NCBI GenBank assembly: GCA_965202845.1
Contig: OZ241856.1
Coordinates: 1,155,886 to 1,219,885, forward strand
DNA: 64,000 bases
Origin: Candidatus Marinacidobacterium sp.
Lineage (GTDB): Bacteria > Acidobacteriota > Vicinamibacteria > Marinacidobacterales > Marinacidobacteraceae
Direction: 5' to 3'
The first letter of the stretch is position 1. Each line of letters starts with the position of its first letter. Of this stretch, positions 1 to 10,718 are shown piece after piece. The notes under the pieces are model-generated. The model was given only the letters and a program-made list of their open reading frames with translations. It ran no database searches and was not told the origin of the DNA. Position numbers and translations under genes: made by a program.

Positions 1-192
1 CGCGCCGGGATCACCCGCCGCGAGGTGTCCGCCGACGAGATCCGCGAGCGCTGCCTGGGCGCGCTGGTGGAGGAGGGCCGTCGGATCGTCGCCCAGGGGA
101 TCGTCCGCCGGGAGGCTGATGTGGATCTCATATGGACTCTGGGCTACGGCTTTCCCCGGACGTTGGGCGGTCCGCTTTTCTGGTCCCGATGA
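1..192 (+). CDS. 3-hydroxyacyl-CoA dehydrogenase family protein, C-terminal fragment (FadB/FadJ-like); 5' end lies outside the window
   Basis: Frame +1 reads ...DVDLIWTLGYGFPRTLGGPLFWSR* ending at the TGA at 190-192. The motif is typical of the C-terminus of multifunctional fatty-oxidation alpha subunits. Confidence 0.55.
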   Translation, partial: RAGITRREVSADEIRERCLGALVEEGRRIVAQGIVRREADVDLIWTLGYGFPRTLGGPLFWSR

Positions 193-505
193 AAACCACC
201 CACGCCTTCAGGGAGGTCCCGAAGTCGAGAAAGCGGTGCGGAACTCCGGCGGGCACGAAGAGCAAGTCCCCCGGAGCGAACGGAACAACAGTTGTCTCCC
301 CCAGCTGGAAGCGCCCCTCCCCCTCCACGATCACGTAGCACTCGTCGCGGTCATGGGGCTGCTGCGGATCGGCGTCCTGCGGCGCGTAGAAGCCGACTTC
401 CAGCCCGTCGCGCTTCAATGCGACGAAGTAGCGGTCGTCGGGCAGGCGGGCGGCGCACTCCCCGGGATCGAATCGCTCGCCGTCGTCGCCGCGCAAGGTG
501 GACAC
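128..505 (-). CDS. cupin domain protein
   Basis: 125-aa ORF with cupin-like core (ECYVIVEGEGRFQLG ... GDLLFVPAGVPHRF). Its 3' end is convergent with, and overlaps, the FadB-like fragment. Confidence 0.5.
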   Translation of the reverse strand: MSTLRGDDGERFDPGECAARLPDDRYFVALKRDGLEVGFYAPQDADPQQPHDRDECYVIVEGEGRFQLGETTVVPFAPGDLLFVPAGVPHRFLDFGTSLKAWVVFIGTRKADRPTSGESRSPESI

Positions 506-594
506 CGCACGCGGATCGTAACCGCTCCCGCTATATTCGGCGGATTCGGTCCATGACCCCCATCCCCGACCACGCCGGCGCCCGAAGTCCAGGC

Positions 595-1209
595 ATGACC
601 CTCCGGCTCACGGCGGGAATCGCGCTGGCCGCCGCCTTCCTGGGGGGCGCCTGTTCCGGGAGGCCGCCGCCGGCCGGCTACAGCGACGCCACCATCGGCG
701 AGGCGTCGTGGTACGGCATCGAGGAACGCGGACGGCCCACCGCGAACGGCGAACCGATGGACCCGGAGGGGATGACCGCCGCTCATCGCACCCTGCCCTT
801 CCACACGGTGGTCCGGGTCACGGACCTTGCGACCGGGCGCGCCGTCGAGGTCCGCATCAACGACCGGGGGCCGTTCATCCGCGGCCGCATCATCGACCTT
901 TCGCACCGCGCCGCCCGCGAGCTGGGCATCGCGGAAAAGGGCGTCGCCCGCGTCATGCTCACCCAGGTCTCGCTGGGCGAACCCCCTTCCTATGCGGTGC
1001 AGGTGGGCTCCTACGGCCGCCGGGCGAGCGCCGAGGAGCAGGCGGCGAAGCTGCGCGCCGCCGGCTGGCGCAGCGCATCGGTGAGGAGACACGGGTCGGT
1101 GCATCGGGTCCGGGTGGGCCGCTACTCCGAACGCCGGGAGGCCGACCGGGTCGCCCGGCGGCTGCGCGCCCTGGGATACGAAGTCCTGGTGGTTCAGCTC
1201 GATCCCTGA
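595..1209 (+). CDS. rlpA: septal ring lytic transglycosylase RlpA-family lipoprotein (DPBB domain plus C-terminal SPOR domain)
   Basis: Lipoprotein signal MTLRLTAGIALAAAFLGGACSG. DPBB motifs WYG...GEPMDPEGMTAAHRTLPFHTVVRVTDLATGRAVEVRINDRGP. The C-terminal part is SPOR-like (AVQVGSYGRRASAEEQAAKLRAAGW...VGRY). An alternative start is the ATG at 553. Confidence 0.8.
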   Translation: MTLRLTAGIALAAAFLGGACSGRPPPAGYSDATIGEASWYGIEERGRPTANGEPMDPEGMTAAHRTLPFHTVVRVTDLATGRAVEVRINDRGPFIRGRIIDLSHRAARELGIAEKGVARVMLTQVSLGEPPSYAVQVGSYGRRASAEEQAAKLRAAGWRSASVRRHGSVHRVRVGRYSERREADRVARRLRALGYEVLVVQLDP

Positions 1210-1223
1210 TTCTCGACCCCTGA

Positions 1224-2114
1224 TTACGGAAGCATCAGCCGCAGCGACTTCAAGGACACGCTCAAGCGTACCGGCGTGGTTCCCGCCGGGTTCCCGTCCG
1301 CCTCGCACGCGACCGGCGCCCCTCGGGACGCAATCCGGACATCCCGCGCCGGAACGGTGACCACCGAGGGCAAACGACGGGAAGCGCCGATCCACGCCGC
1401 GCCGGCGGCCAGCAGACAGCCCCAGCGGGTCCGGGATCGGATCAGGGTGAGGGTCAGGCGATCCCCGGTCAGCCGGGCGCCCGGAAAGAACCGCAGCGCG
1501 TGCGCGTAGCGGGGCTGCTTCCCGACTCCCGCCCACGTCGCCCGATACCGGACGCCTTCGGCACGGACATCCAGATCCGGCAGAGGCGCGGTCCCGAAGA
1601 CCCGAAGCCCGGCTGCGAACCAGGGGAGCAGCCCGCGACGGGGGGTCGCCGCTCGAAGGCGAACGGCCTCGGCGTCCAGCCCCGCCGAAGCCATCCCGAC
1701 GAAGAGCCGCTCCCCGGCGCGGGAGCGCAGGACGCCGGGCCGCGCCTCCACGATCCGGCCTCCGATCAGGACCCGCGCCGCCTCGTCCAGCGCGAACGGA
1801 ATCCCGGTCTCCCGGGCGAGGACATTCGCGGTTCCCCGGGGGATGACGCCGAGCGCGGTCCCGGTTCCGGCAAGCGCCTGAGCGGTTTCGGCGACCGTGC
1901 CGTCTCCGCCCCAGGCAATCACCAGCGGCGCTCCGGCGCGGACGAAATCACCGGCGATCCGGGTCGCGTGCCCCGGTTTCCGGGTGACCGCATCCACCAG
2001 CGGGATATGCAGGTCCCCGAATATCCGGCGGAGCCGTCCCGGTTCGCCCCGGTCGCGACCGTCCCCGGCCGCCGGATTCCGCACCAGCGCGGCCCACGCA
2101 AAGCGGCCGGGCAT
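1224..2114 (-). CDS. diacylglycerol kinase catalytic domain protein (YegS/BmrU lipid kinase family)
   Basis: GGDGT motif (IAWGGDGTVAETAQAL) and overall DAGK_cat architecture, 296 aa. Confidence 0.75.
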   Translation of the reverse strand: MPGRFAWAALVRNPAAGDGRDRGEPGRLRRIFGDLHIPLVDAVTRKPGHATRIAGDFVRAGAPLVIAWGGDGTVAETAQALAGTGTALGVIPRGTANVLARETGIPFALDEAARVLIGGRIVEARPGVLRSRAGERLFVGMASAGLDAEAVRLRAATPRRGLLPWFAAGLRVFGTAPLPDLDVRAEGVRYRATWAGVGKQPRYAHALRFFPGARLTGDRLTLTLIRSRTRWGCLLAAGAAWIGASRRLPSVVTVPARDVRIASRGAPVACEADGNPAGTTPVRLSVSLKSLRLMLP

Positions 2115-2125
2115 CCCCTTGGCGC

Positions 2126-2704
2126 TCAGTCGCCGAGCGGAGGCGCCACCAGGACTTCGATCGAGGTCTCGACCGGGGTCCAGTTTTCGGTCGCAAGACG
2201 CGCCCGCACCAGCCAGAGCGTCCGTCCCTCGAACGAGCGGTAGGAAAAGCGCGCATCGTCGGGCACCGGAAGGTCAAGCTCTCCCTGGAAGCGGGCGCCG
2301 CGCGCCAGGGGCGGGATTTCGAGGGTGCGCTCCACCCGGCGGAGTTCGCGCGCCGGTTCGCCCGCGCTCCGGCTCTCGGCGGCGAGCCGGAAACTCAGTT
2401 CGCGAAAGGCGACCGGTTTCCGGGCGGTCATCCGGATCGCGCATCGCACCGCGCCGCCGGGAACCGCGCTCTCGCTGAAACCGACATCCACCTGCTCGAA
2501 GGGGTGGCGCCGGAAGAACCAGATCGCGGCCCCCGCCGAACGGATCACCAAGGCGGCGGCCGCCGCGAAGCCGGCGATCCAGGGCCAGGTCCAGCCGTGG
2601 AAGTTCGCAAGCTGGAAGACCAGCAGGCCGCCGAACAGCGTTCCCAGGGCGGAAATGGCGGTGCGGCGCTTCTGGCTGGCGATGAGGGAAGTCCAGACGA
2701 GCAT
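2126..2704 (-). CDS. hypothetical membrane protein (two N-terminal TM helices plus a soluble domain)
   Basis: The ORF is in-frame with the long 2126..3028 ORF. The start is chosen at the ATG (MLVWTSLIASQKRR...) that precedes two hydrophobic helices. It sits just upstream of the DAGK gene on the same strand. Confidence 0.4.
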   Translation of the reverse strand: MLVWTSLIASQKRRTAISALGTLFGGLLVFQLANFHGWTWPWIAGFAAAAALVIRSAGAAIWFFRRHPFEQVDVGFSESAVPGGAVRCAIRMTARKPVAFRELSFRLAAESRSAGEPARELRRVERTLEIPPLARGARFQGELDLPVPDDARFSYRSFEGRTLWLVRARLATENWTPVETSIEVLVAPPLGD

Positions 2705-2736
2705 GGTTGGCGATACGGTCCGCGCGGCAATTCTTT

Positions 2737-3604
2737 CCGATTCCCGATGCGCATGATCCCCGGCGTTCTGATCGTGGGGCATCTGACCGAGGACATGGAG
2801 GCTTCGGGGCCCCGTCTCGGCGGCGCCGCCGCCTACGCGGGCGTTCTCGCCAGTCGGTTCGGCGTCCCCGCCACCATCCTCACCGCGGCGGACGCCGATT
2901 TTCCGTTCGAGGTGGAAGGATGCCGGGTCATCCGGTTCCCGTCCCCCGACCGGACACGCTTCCAGAACCGCTACCGGGACGGAAGGAGACGGCAGCGGAT
3001 GCCGAGCGTCGCCGCGCCGATCCCGCAAGCGCGGGTGCGGGAGGCGGTTCGGGAATTGCCGCCCGGCGCCGGAGTCCTGTACGCGCCGGTGGCTTCGGAG
3101 CTCGACGGAGCGTGGACGTTCCCCCGGCCCGCCGACGGCCTCGCCGGGCTCCTCCCCCAGGGACTCCTGCGCTCAGTTGGGCCGGACGGCGCGGTGCGGA
3201 TCGCCTGGCCGCCCGGACTCGCCGCGCGGCTGCGCCCCCTCGACCTGGTCTCGCTGAGCCGCGAGGAGCTTCCCGCCTTCCCGCTCGACGTCCGGCTGCT
3301 CGCGATCACCGACGGGAAGCGCGGCGCGGAGCTCCTTCCCAGGGGACGCGCCCCGCTCGCCGTCCCGCCAGTTTCCGCGACCGAACGGGACCCGACCGGC
3401 GCCGGCGATGTGTTCGGGGCCGCGCTGTTCCTCGGGATTCTCGAAGGGAAACCACTCGGCGAAGCCGGGCGGTTCGCGGCGGCGGCGGCGGCGCTCGCCG
3501 TGGAGGCGCCGGGTCTCTCCGGCGCACCGGACCGGAAGGCCGTCGAAACGCGCCTCAGTTCACGAGCATCGGGAGGGCGCGCGGACTCACCCGGGCGCCG
3601 GTGA
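2737..3604 (+). CDS. PfkB family carbohydrate kinase
   Basis: Ribokinase-like fold with the C-terminal DPTGAGDVFGAALFLG motif. Start at MRMIPGVLIVGH. Confidence 0.75.
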
Positions 3605-4181
3605 CCCGCCAGGTCCAGATGCCCCGGCGCTCGAAGAGGATGTCCGCCCACAGGTCTTCATCCGGCGGTTCTCCGGCGCGCACTCCGAGCCGGACGCGAA
3701 AGTCGTTCCAGCCGTCGTAGGCGGCGTCGACCGACACCCGCCCATTCCCTTCATCGCGCTCCTCGCCAAGGTTGAGGAAGGCGTTCCAGCCGGTGCTGAC
3801 CGCCTCCGAGCCCCGAAGCGCCCGGTCCACCCCCTCCGGCGTGGCGAAGCGGTCGATCATCGCCTCGCCGACCGCGACCGCCAGCTGCGAGGCGGCGTCG
3901 GGCGGTTCGGGCGGGTGCTCCTCCCCTTCCCCGGCCGCTTCCGGCTGCCGTTCGCGCTCCTGGGCTCGGCGGTTGGCTGCGCCGATGGTGCGCCGCAACT
4001 CCCCCTTGAGGTTGGCGCGCACCGCTTCAAAGTCCACCCACGCATGGAGGGCGTCGGCGTCCCGGGCCTCGACCGCCTGGCGGATGCGCCACGCCGCGAA
4101 GTAGGGACCCAGGTAGATGCTGCCGCCCAGGAACAGCAGAACGGCCCAGATCCCGAGGAGTCGCAGCCGCCGGACGCTCAC
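3555..4181 (-). CDS. DUF2939-like membrane-anchored protein
   Basis: N-terminal TM helix (LRLLGIWAVLLFLGGSIYLGPYF) followed by YFAAWRIRQAVEARDADALHAWVDFEAVRANLKGEL, which resembles the DUF2939 signature. A GTG start at 4181 is assumed. It is convergent with the PfkB gene. Confidence 0.45.
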   Translation of the reverse strand: MSVRRLRLLGIWAVLLFLGGSIYLGPYFAAWRIRQAVEARDADALHAWVDFEAVRANLKGELRRTIGAANRRAQERERQPEAAGEGEEHPPEPPDAASQLAVAVGEAMIDRFATPEGVDRALRGSEAVSTGWNAFLNLGEERDEGNGRVSVDAAYDGWNDFRVRLGVRAGEPPDEDLWADILFERRGIWTWRVTGARVSPRALPMLVN

Positions 4182-4232
4182 CCCATCATGGTAGCGGTTG
4201 CGCCAGGGTCTACCATTGTCACCCGAACGCAA

Positions 4233-5312
4233 ATGGGAAAACTCGTACCCCCTCCGGTGGAGCCGCTGGACTCGCGGATTCACTTTCCGCTGGGCGGCCG
4301 GCGCTTCGGAAGCCTCGGCCAGGAGCATCTGCGCCACATCCCGACCCGGGAGCGGCTCCGCCGTTTCGAACGCGATGGGTTCCTCCACATCCGGAGGGCG
4401 CTCACCGGCGACGCGCTGAGGCGGGTCCGGGAAGCGGTGGATCGCCTGGACGACTTCGAGCGCCAGCGGCTGGACTTGGCGCCCGGCGACATGATGTCCC
4501 GGTTTTCCGCCGTCCGCTTCGATCCGGCGTTCCTCGAGCTGGTGGATTACGCCCGCACCCTCCCGACCGTCTGGGGCGTGCTGGGCTGGAACATCCAGCT
4601 CTACATCTCCCACCTGGTGGTGTATCCGCCGGAAGGCTGGGGCGGGACCCAGTGCCGGGAGCCGGTGTGGCACCAGGACAGCGGACGCCCGGTGCTGGAG
4701 CTGGAGCGGCCGGCGCCCCGACTTTCGGTCAAGGTCGCGTTCTGGCTCACCGACACCCGGGATGCGGACCGGGGCGGGATGGAGCTGATTCCGGGAAGCC
4801 ACCGGCTGGACGCGCCTCCGGCGCGGGCCGACCACCCGGAGTGGGACGGGCGGGTCCGACTGGCGATGCGGCCCGGGGACGTGACCATCTTCGACCGGCG
4901 CATCTGGCATCGGCACGGAAGCAACACCTCGGAAACCGTCCGGAAGTCCCTGTTCCTGGGGTACAGCTACCGATGGCTGCGGCCGCTCGACTACCAGCGC
5001 ATGCCGAAGAAGCTCCTCAAGCGCTGCGATCCGGTGCTCCGTCAGCTTCTGGGGGACGGAAGCACCGAGGTGGGCTGGTATCAGCCCCAGCCGGAGGACG
5101 CGCCGCTCCGAAGCTGGTTGCTGCACCGGCTGGGAACCGACAAGCCGCCGTTTCCCGAACCGGAGCCCGTGCCGCAGCCCATCGACGTGCCGGGACCCCC
5201 GCACCACGCTTGGCGCCAGCACGATCCGGAGCCCGATCCGGGTCTCATCGACGTGCCGGGACCCCGAATCAACGCCTGGCGCGAGCACGACCCGTCTTCC
5301 GACGCCGAATAG
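4233..5312 (+). CDS. phytanoyl-CoA dioxygenase (PhyH) family Fe(II)/2-oxoglutarate oxygenase
   Basis: WHQDSGRP..., FWLTDTRDADRGGMELIPGSHRLD and IWHRHGSNTSETVRKSLFLGYSYRW are characteristic PhyH motifs. A Pro-rich repeated C-terminal tail is present. Confidence 0.75.
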   Translation: MGKLVPPPVEPLDSRIHFPLGGRRFGSLGQEHLRHIPTRERLRRFERDGFLHIRRALTGDALRRVREAVDRLDDFERQRLDLAPGDMMSRFSAVRFDPAFLELVDYARTLPTVWGVLGWNIQLYISHLVVYPPEGWGGTQCREPVWHQDSGRPVLELERPAPRLSVKVAFWLTDTRDADRGGMELIPGSHRLDAPPARADHPEWDGRVRLAMRPGDVTIFDRRIWHRHGSNTSETVRKSLFLGYSYRWLRPLDYQRMPKKLLKRCDPVLRQLLGDGSTEVGWYQPQPEDAPLRSWLLHRLGTDKPPFPEPEPVPQPIDVPGPPHHAWRQHDPEPDPGLIDVPGPRINAWREHDPSSDAE

Positions 5313-5659
5313 GGGAGCGCCATGCGGGCCGGACGCGCTGCCTGCCTCCCGCTTCTGGCGTTCCTGCTCGCCGGACAGCAGGACCCGATCGCGGACCTGC
5401 GCAGCCGGGCGCAGGACATCCTTGGGCGGGTGGAGCGCCAGGAACTGGAACTCCCCGAAGCCCGGAAGGAAGTCGAGGAACTCCGACGCTCCCTCATCGA
5501 GATCGGGAAACGGGACGGCTGGACGCCGACCCGGCGCGCCCTCGAAATGCCCATCTCCCGACCGGACCGGATGGCGCGCCTCAACTTTGACGACTGCCCG
5601 CTGTTCTACGAGGAGGAGCTGGTGGAGCTGTGCCCCCTGGATCTGGGGCGTTCGGAGAT

Positions 5660-7275
<1,616 letters not shown>

Positions 7276-7279
<4 letters not shown>

Positions 7280-7887
7280 AAGACATCCTCGCGGCTTCCG
7301 AGTACGCCGCGTTCCAGGAGCGGCTGGCGCGAAGCGACTGCCGACGGTGCCCGCTCGGCGAAACCCGCACCCGCATCGTGGTGGATCGGGGGACGCCGCA
7401 AGCGCGCCTGCTGGTGGTGGGCGAGGCGCCGGGCGCCGCCGAGGACGCCTCCGGCGTCGCGTTTTGCGGACGGGCCGGCACGATGCTGGACCGGCTGGTC
7501 GCCGACGCCGGACTGTCCCCCGGCGAGGACCTCCTGATCGTGAACGTGGTCAAGTGCCGCCCGCCGGGAAACCGCGCGCCCACTCCGGAGGAAGCCGAAG
7601 CCTGCCGCCCCTTCCTCGACAAGCAGCTTGGCTTCTCCCCGGCCCGGATGGTGGCGCTGCTGGGCCGCACCGCGCTGCGGCGCTTCGCGCCCGACCGCGC
7701 CCGTCGTCCGATGGGGGAGCAGGCGGGACGCTTCTTCCGGATCGCCGGGCATCCGGGGCGCGAGTTCGCGGTTCTCTACCACCCGGCGGCGATCCTCTAC
7801 AACCGGCGGCTGGAGCCGACGGCGCGGCGGCACATGGAGGCGGTCGCCGCCCGGCTGTCTACCGGAACAGCGAACGCCGGGGGCTGA
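7276..7887 (+). CDS. uracil-DNA glycosylase, family 4 (Fe-S type)
   Basis: CRRCPLGETRTRIVVDRG...LLVVGEAPGAAEDASGVAFCGRAGTMLDRL, the family-4 UDG signature. The TTG start overlaps the mutase stop (TTGA). Confidence 0.75.
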
Positions 7888-8539
7888 GCTCCCGGATCAC
7901 CGGCCAGTCCCAAGCATGCCGCGTCCCCTGCGGAAGCGCGCCGACGTCCCGGTGGTAGCGCCGCAGGAACGCCTCGGTGCCCTCGTTCGCGTAGCCGGCG
8001 CCGTGGACGGGACCGAGCTCCTCGCCGCACCGCTCCCGGTAGTCGCGGCGGATCCGGTTCAGGAGTTCGGCGAACAGCCGATCCCGCCGCACCTTGGCGA
8101 TGACGCTGGCGGCGGCCACCGCCACGTGGCGGGACTCGGCCCGGTCCCGCGCCTCCATTTCGGGAACCTCGGTGGCGAGACTCCCGAACACCTTCTCTCC
8201 GTCGGCGAGGATCCGCCGGGGCTTCCGGTCGGCGGGGATCGCGGCGAGCAGCGAACGCGCCGCCTCGCGCTCCAGCAGGTTCAGTTCGCCGACCAGTGCG
8301 CGGCGATCCACTTCCTCCGCCGACAGCGCGCGAACCCCCACCCACTCGGCCAGTCGCTCGACGTGGCGGGCCAGCTGGCCGCGGCGGCCGGCGGCCGGAC
8401 CGCCCGCTCCGAAATGCTTCGAGTCCCGCACGCCCAAGCGGGTCAGGGCGCCGGCGCGACGGGGATGGAGGAGCACCGCGGCCACCACCAGCGGCCCGAG
8501 CGCCGGTCCGCGGCCCGCTTCGTCGATGCCCAGAACCAC
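7859..8539 (-). CDS. rnhB: ribonuclease HII
   Basis: N-terminus VLGIDEAGRGPALGPLVVAAV... with RNase HII fold motifs. GTG start. Confidence 0.9.
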   Translation of the reverse strand: MVLGIDEAGRGPALGPLVVAAVLLHPRRAGALTRLGVRDSKHFGAGGPAAGRRGQLARHVERLAEWVGVRALSAEEVDRRALVGELNLLEREAARSLLAAIPADRKPRRILADGEKVFGSLATEVPEMEARDRAESRHVAVAAASVIAKVRRDRLFAELLNRIRRDYRERCGEELGPVHGAGYANEGTEAFLRRYHRDVGALPQGTRHAWDWPVIRELSPRRSLFR

Positions 8540-8583
8540 CCCCGAATCCTAGGTCGGTCGCCTAGAATCCGCTCGAAATTCAC

Positions 8584-10038
8584 ATGAAACGGGGCGAAGG
8601 GCGGTACAACGCCGTCGTCATCGGCGCCGGAACCGCCGGGCTGGTGACCGCGGCCGGGACCGCCGGACTCGGCGGGCGGACCGCGCTGGTCGAAGCGCGA
8701 CGGATGGGCGGGGACTGCCTGAACACCGGGTGCGTGCCTTCCAAGTCGCTGGTCTCCACCGCGAAGCAGATCCACCGGATCCGCAACGCGGAAGCCCACG
8801 GGCTGGACGCGAACGAACCGAAGTTCCGCTTCGAGCGGGTGTTCGAACACATGCGCGAACGTCGGGCGCACATCGCCCCCCACGACTCGGTGGAGCGATT
8901 CGAGGGACTGGGAGTGGACGTATTCCAGGCGCGGGCGCGCTTCACCGGACCGCGCGAAGTGGAGCTGGACGATGGAACCCGGCTGACCGGCGCCCACTTC
9001 GTGATCGCCACCGGCGCCAGCCCCCTGATCCCGGACATCCCCGGCCTCCGGGACGTCCCGTACTGGACCAACGAGACGTTCTTCGACGGCCAGGACGGCC
9101 CGCCCGATGCGTTGCTGGTGTTGGGAGGCGGTCTCGTCGGCTGCGAGTTGAGCCAGGTGATGCGGCGGCTGGGAGTCCGGGTGACCCTCCTGACCGACGT
9201 GGACCGGCTGCTTCCGCACGACGACCGGGAGGCCTCGCAGGTTGTCCTCGAGGCGTTCCAGGCGGAGGGCATCGAGGTTTTCTTCGGCTGCAAGGTTCGG
9301 AGGTTCACGCAATCCAGCGGCGCCATCACCGCCGAGGTCGAAACCGGGGGCGCGGTGCGCGAGGTCTCCGGCGACCGGCTTCTGGTGGCCGTCGGACGCT
9401 CGCCGAACGTGTCCGATCTCGGACTCGAGAAGGCGGGGGTGCGTTTCGACCCGCAGCAGGGAATCCCGGTGGACCGGAGTCTGCGGACCAACATCCCGCA
9501 CATCCACGCCTGCGGCGACGTGACGGCCGAACCCTTCCGCTTCACCCACGCCGCCGACCACCAGGCGCGGGTGGCGGTGCGGAACATCCTGCTGCCTCCC
9601 CCGTTTCCCCGCGCCCGGGTGGACTACAGATACCTGCCCTGGGTGACGTATGTGGACCCCGAAGTCGCCCATTTCGGCCTCCGGGAAGAGGACGCGGAGG
9701 AGCAGGGCGTCCCGGTGGACGTCCATCGGTATCCGATGAGCGACCTGGACCGGGCGATCACCGAAAATGCGACCCGCGGGTTCGTGAAGGTGGTCGCCGC
9801 CCGGGGGAAGGACCGCATCCTGGGGGCGACCGTGGTGGCGGATCGGGGCGGCGAAATCCTCCACCAGATCATGGCGGTGGCCCGGCAGGGAGGCGGACTC
9901 GGCGCGCTCTCCTCGATGATCCACGCCTATCCTTCCTGGGCGCAGGCGGCGCAGCGGGTCGGTGACGCCTGGAACCGGACCCGGCTGACGCCCCGGACCC
10001 GGGCCCTCTTCGAGTGGCTCTACCGGAGGCGGCGATGA
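8584..10038 (+). CDS. FAD-dependent pyridine nucleotide-disulfide oxidoreductase, class I (dihydrolipoyl dehydrogenase or mercuric-reductase-like). It has no C-terminal Cys pair.
   Basis: GxGxxG sequence VVIGAGTAGL. Redox-active disulfide motif GGDCLNTGCVPSK. The C-terminus carries HAYPSW (cf. the HAHPT interface motif). Confidence 0.8.
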   Translation: MKRGEGRYNAVVIGAGTAGLVTAAGTAGLGGRTALVEARRMGGDCLNTGCVPSKSLVSTAKQIHRIRNAEAHGLDANEPKFRFERVFEHMRERRAHIAPHDSVERFEGLGVDVFQARARFTGPREVELDDGTRLTGAHFVIATGASPLIPDIPGLRDVPYWTNETFFDGQDGPPDALLVLGGGLVGCELSQVMRRLGVRVTLLTDVDRLLPHDDREASQVVLEAFQAEGIEVFFGCKVRRFTQSSGAITAEVETGGAVREVSGDRLLVAVGRSPNVSDLGLEKAGVRFDPQQGIPVDRSLRTNIPHIHACGDVTAEPFRFTHAADHQARVAVRNILLPPPFPRARVDYRYLPWVTYVDPEVAHFGLREEDAEEQGVPVDVHRYPMSDLDRAITENATRGFVKVVAARGKDRILGATVVADRGGEILHQIMAVARQGGGLGALSSMIHAYPSWAQAAQRVGDAWNRTRLTPRTRALFEWLYRRRR

Positions 10039-10718
10039 AGCGCATCCTGGCGCTGGGAGCGGTCGTCGCGGTCCTCGTCGCCTCGTTCCTCCTGTTTCCC
10101 TTGGGAGCGTGGTTCGAGGCGGCGGCCCGCTGGGCGGAGGGACTCGGACCCACCGGTCTCGCCCTCTTCGCCGCCATCTACGCGGTCGCCACCGTCCTCA
10201 TGATCCCCGTCTCGGCGCTCACCCTGATCGGCGGCGCCGCCTTCGGCTTCGCCCTGGGGACGCTGAGCGTCTGGCTGGGCGCCGTCGTCGGGCTCGGGCT
10301 GGCCTTTCTGGTGGCCCGCCGGTTCGCCCGCGAGCGGGTGGCCGCCTGGCTGGAGAACCGTCCCGGCTTTCGGGCCATCGACCGGGCGGTCGCATCCGAG
10401 GGCTGGAAGATCGTGCTGCTCACCCGGCTCTCCCCGGCCTTCCCGTTCTCGCTCCAGAATTACGCCTACGGCCTCACCGGGGTCCCGTTTCCCGGATACC
10501 TGATCGCGTCGGCGGTCGGCATCCTGCCGGGAACCCTGCTCTACGTCTACATCGCGAGCGGCGTGGCGGGCGCCGTCTCCGGCGCGAGCGGCGCGCTCCA
10601 AATCGCGCTGTGGGCGGCGGGGCTGGTCGCCATCGCCCTGGTCACCGTCCGGATCACCCGGACCGCCCGGCGGGCGCTCCGGGAAGCCGGAGTGGACGCC
10701 GAATCGACGCCCGCATGA
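10035..10718 (+). CDS. TVP38/TMEM64 (DedA/SNARE-associated) family membrane protein
   Basis: Polytopic membrane protein with the DedA-type core (...LTRLSPAFPFSLQNYAYGLTGVPF...). The ATG overlaps the upstream stop (ATGA). Confidence 0.8.
   Translation: MKRILALGAVVAVLVASFLLFPLGAWFEAAARWAEGLGPTGLALFAAIYAVATVLMIPVSALTLIGGAAFGFALGTLSVWLGAVVGLGLAFLVARRFARERVAAWLENRPGFRAIDRAVASEGWKIVLLTRLSPAFPFSLQNYAYGLTGVPFPGYLIASAVGILPGTLLYVYIASGVAGAVSGASGALQIALWAAGLVAIALVTVRITRTARRALREAGVDAESTPA

Noticed and set aside
415-1536. Long antisense ORFs throughout the window, for example 415..1536(-), 3555..5288(-), 10547..13387(-), 14236..15624(-), 31628..34030(-), 50985..52779 region(+), 60504..63836(-) and 60602..63220(+)
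   Set aside because: They lie opposite or out of frame to genes with clear conserved motifs, and their translations are Arg/Pro/Gly-rich low-complexity sequence typical of stop-poor frames in about 70% GC DNA. I treat them as artefacts.
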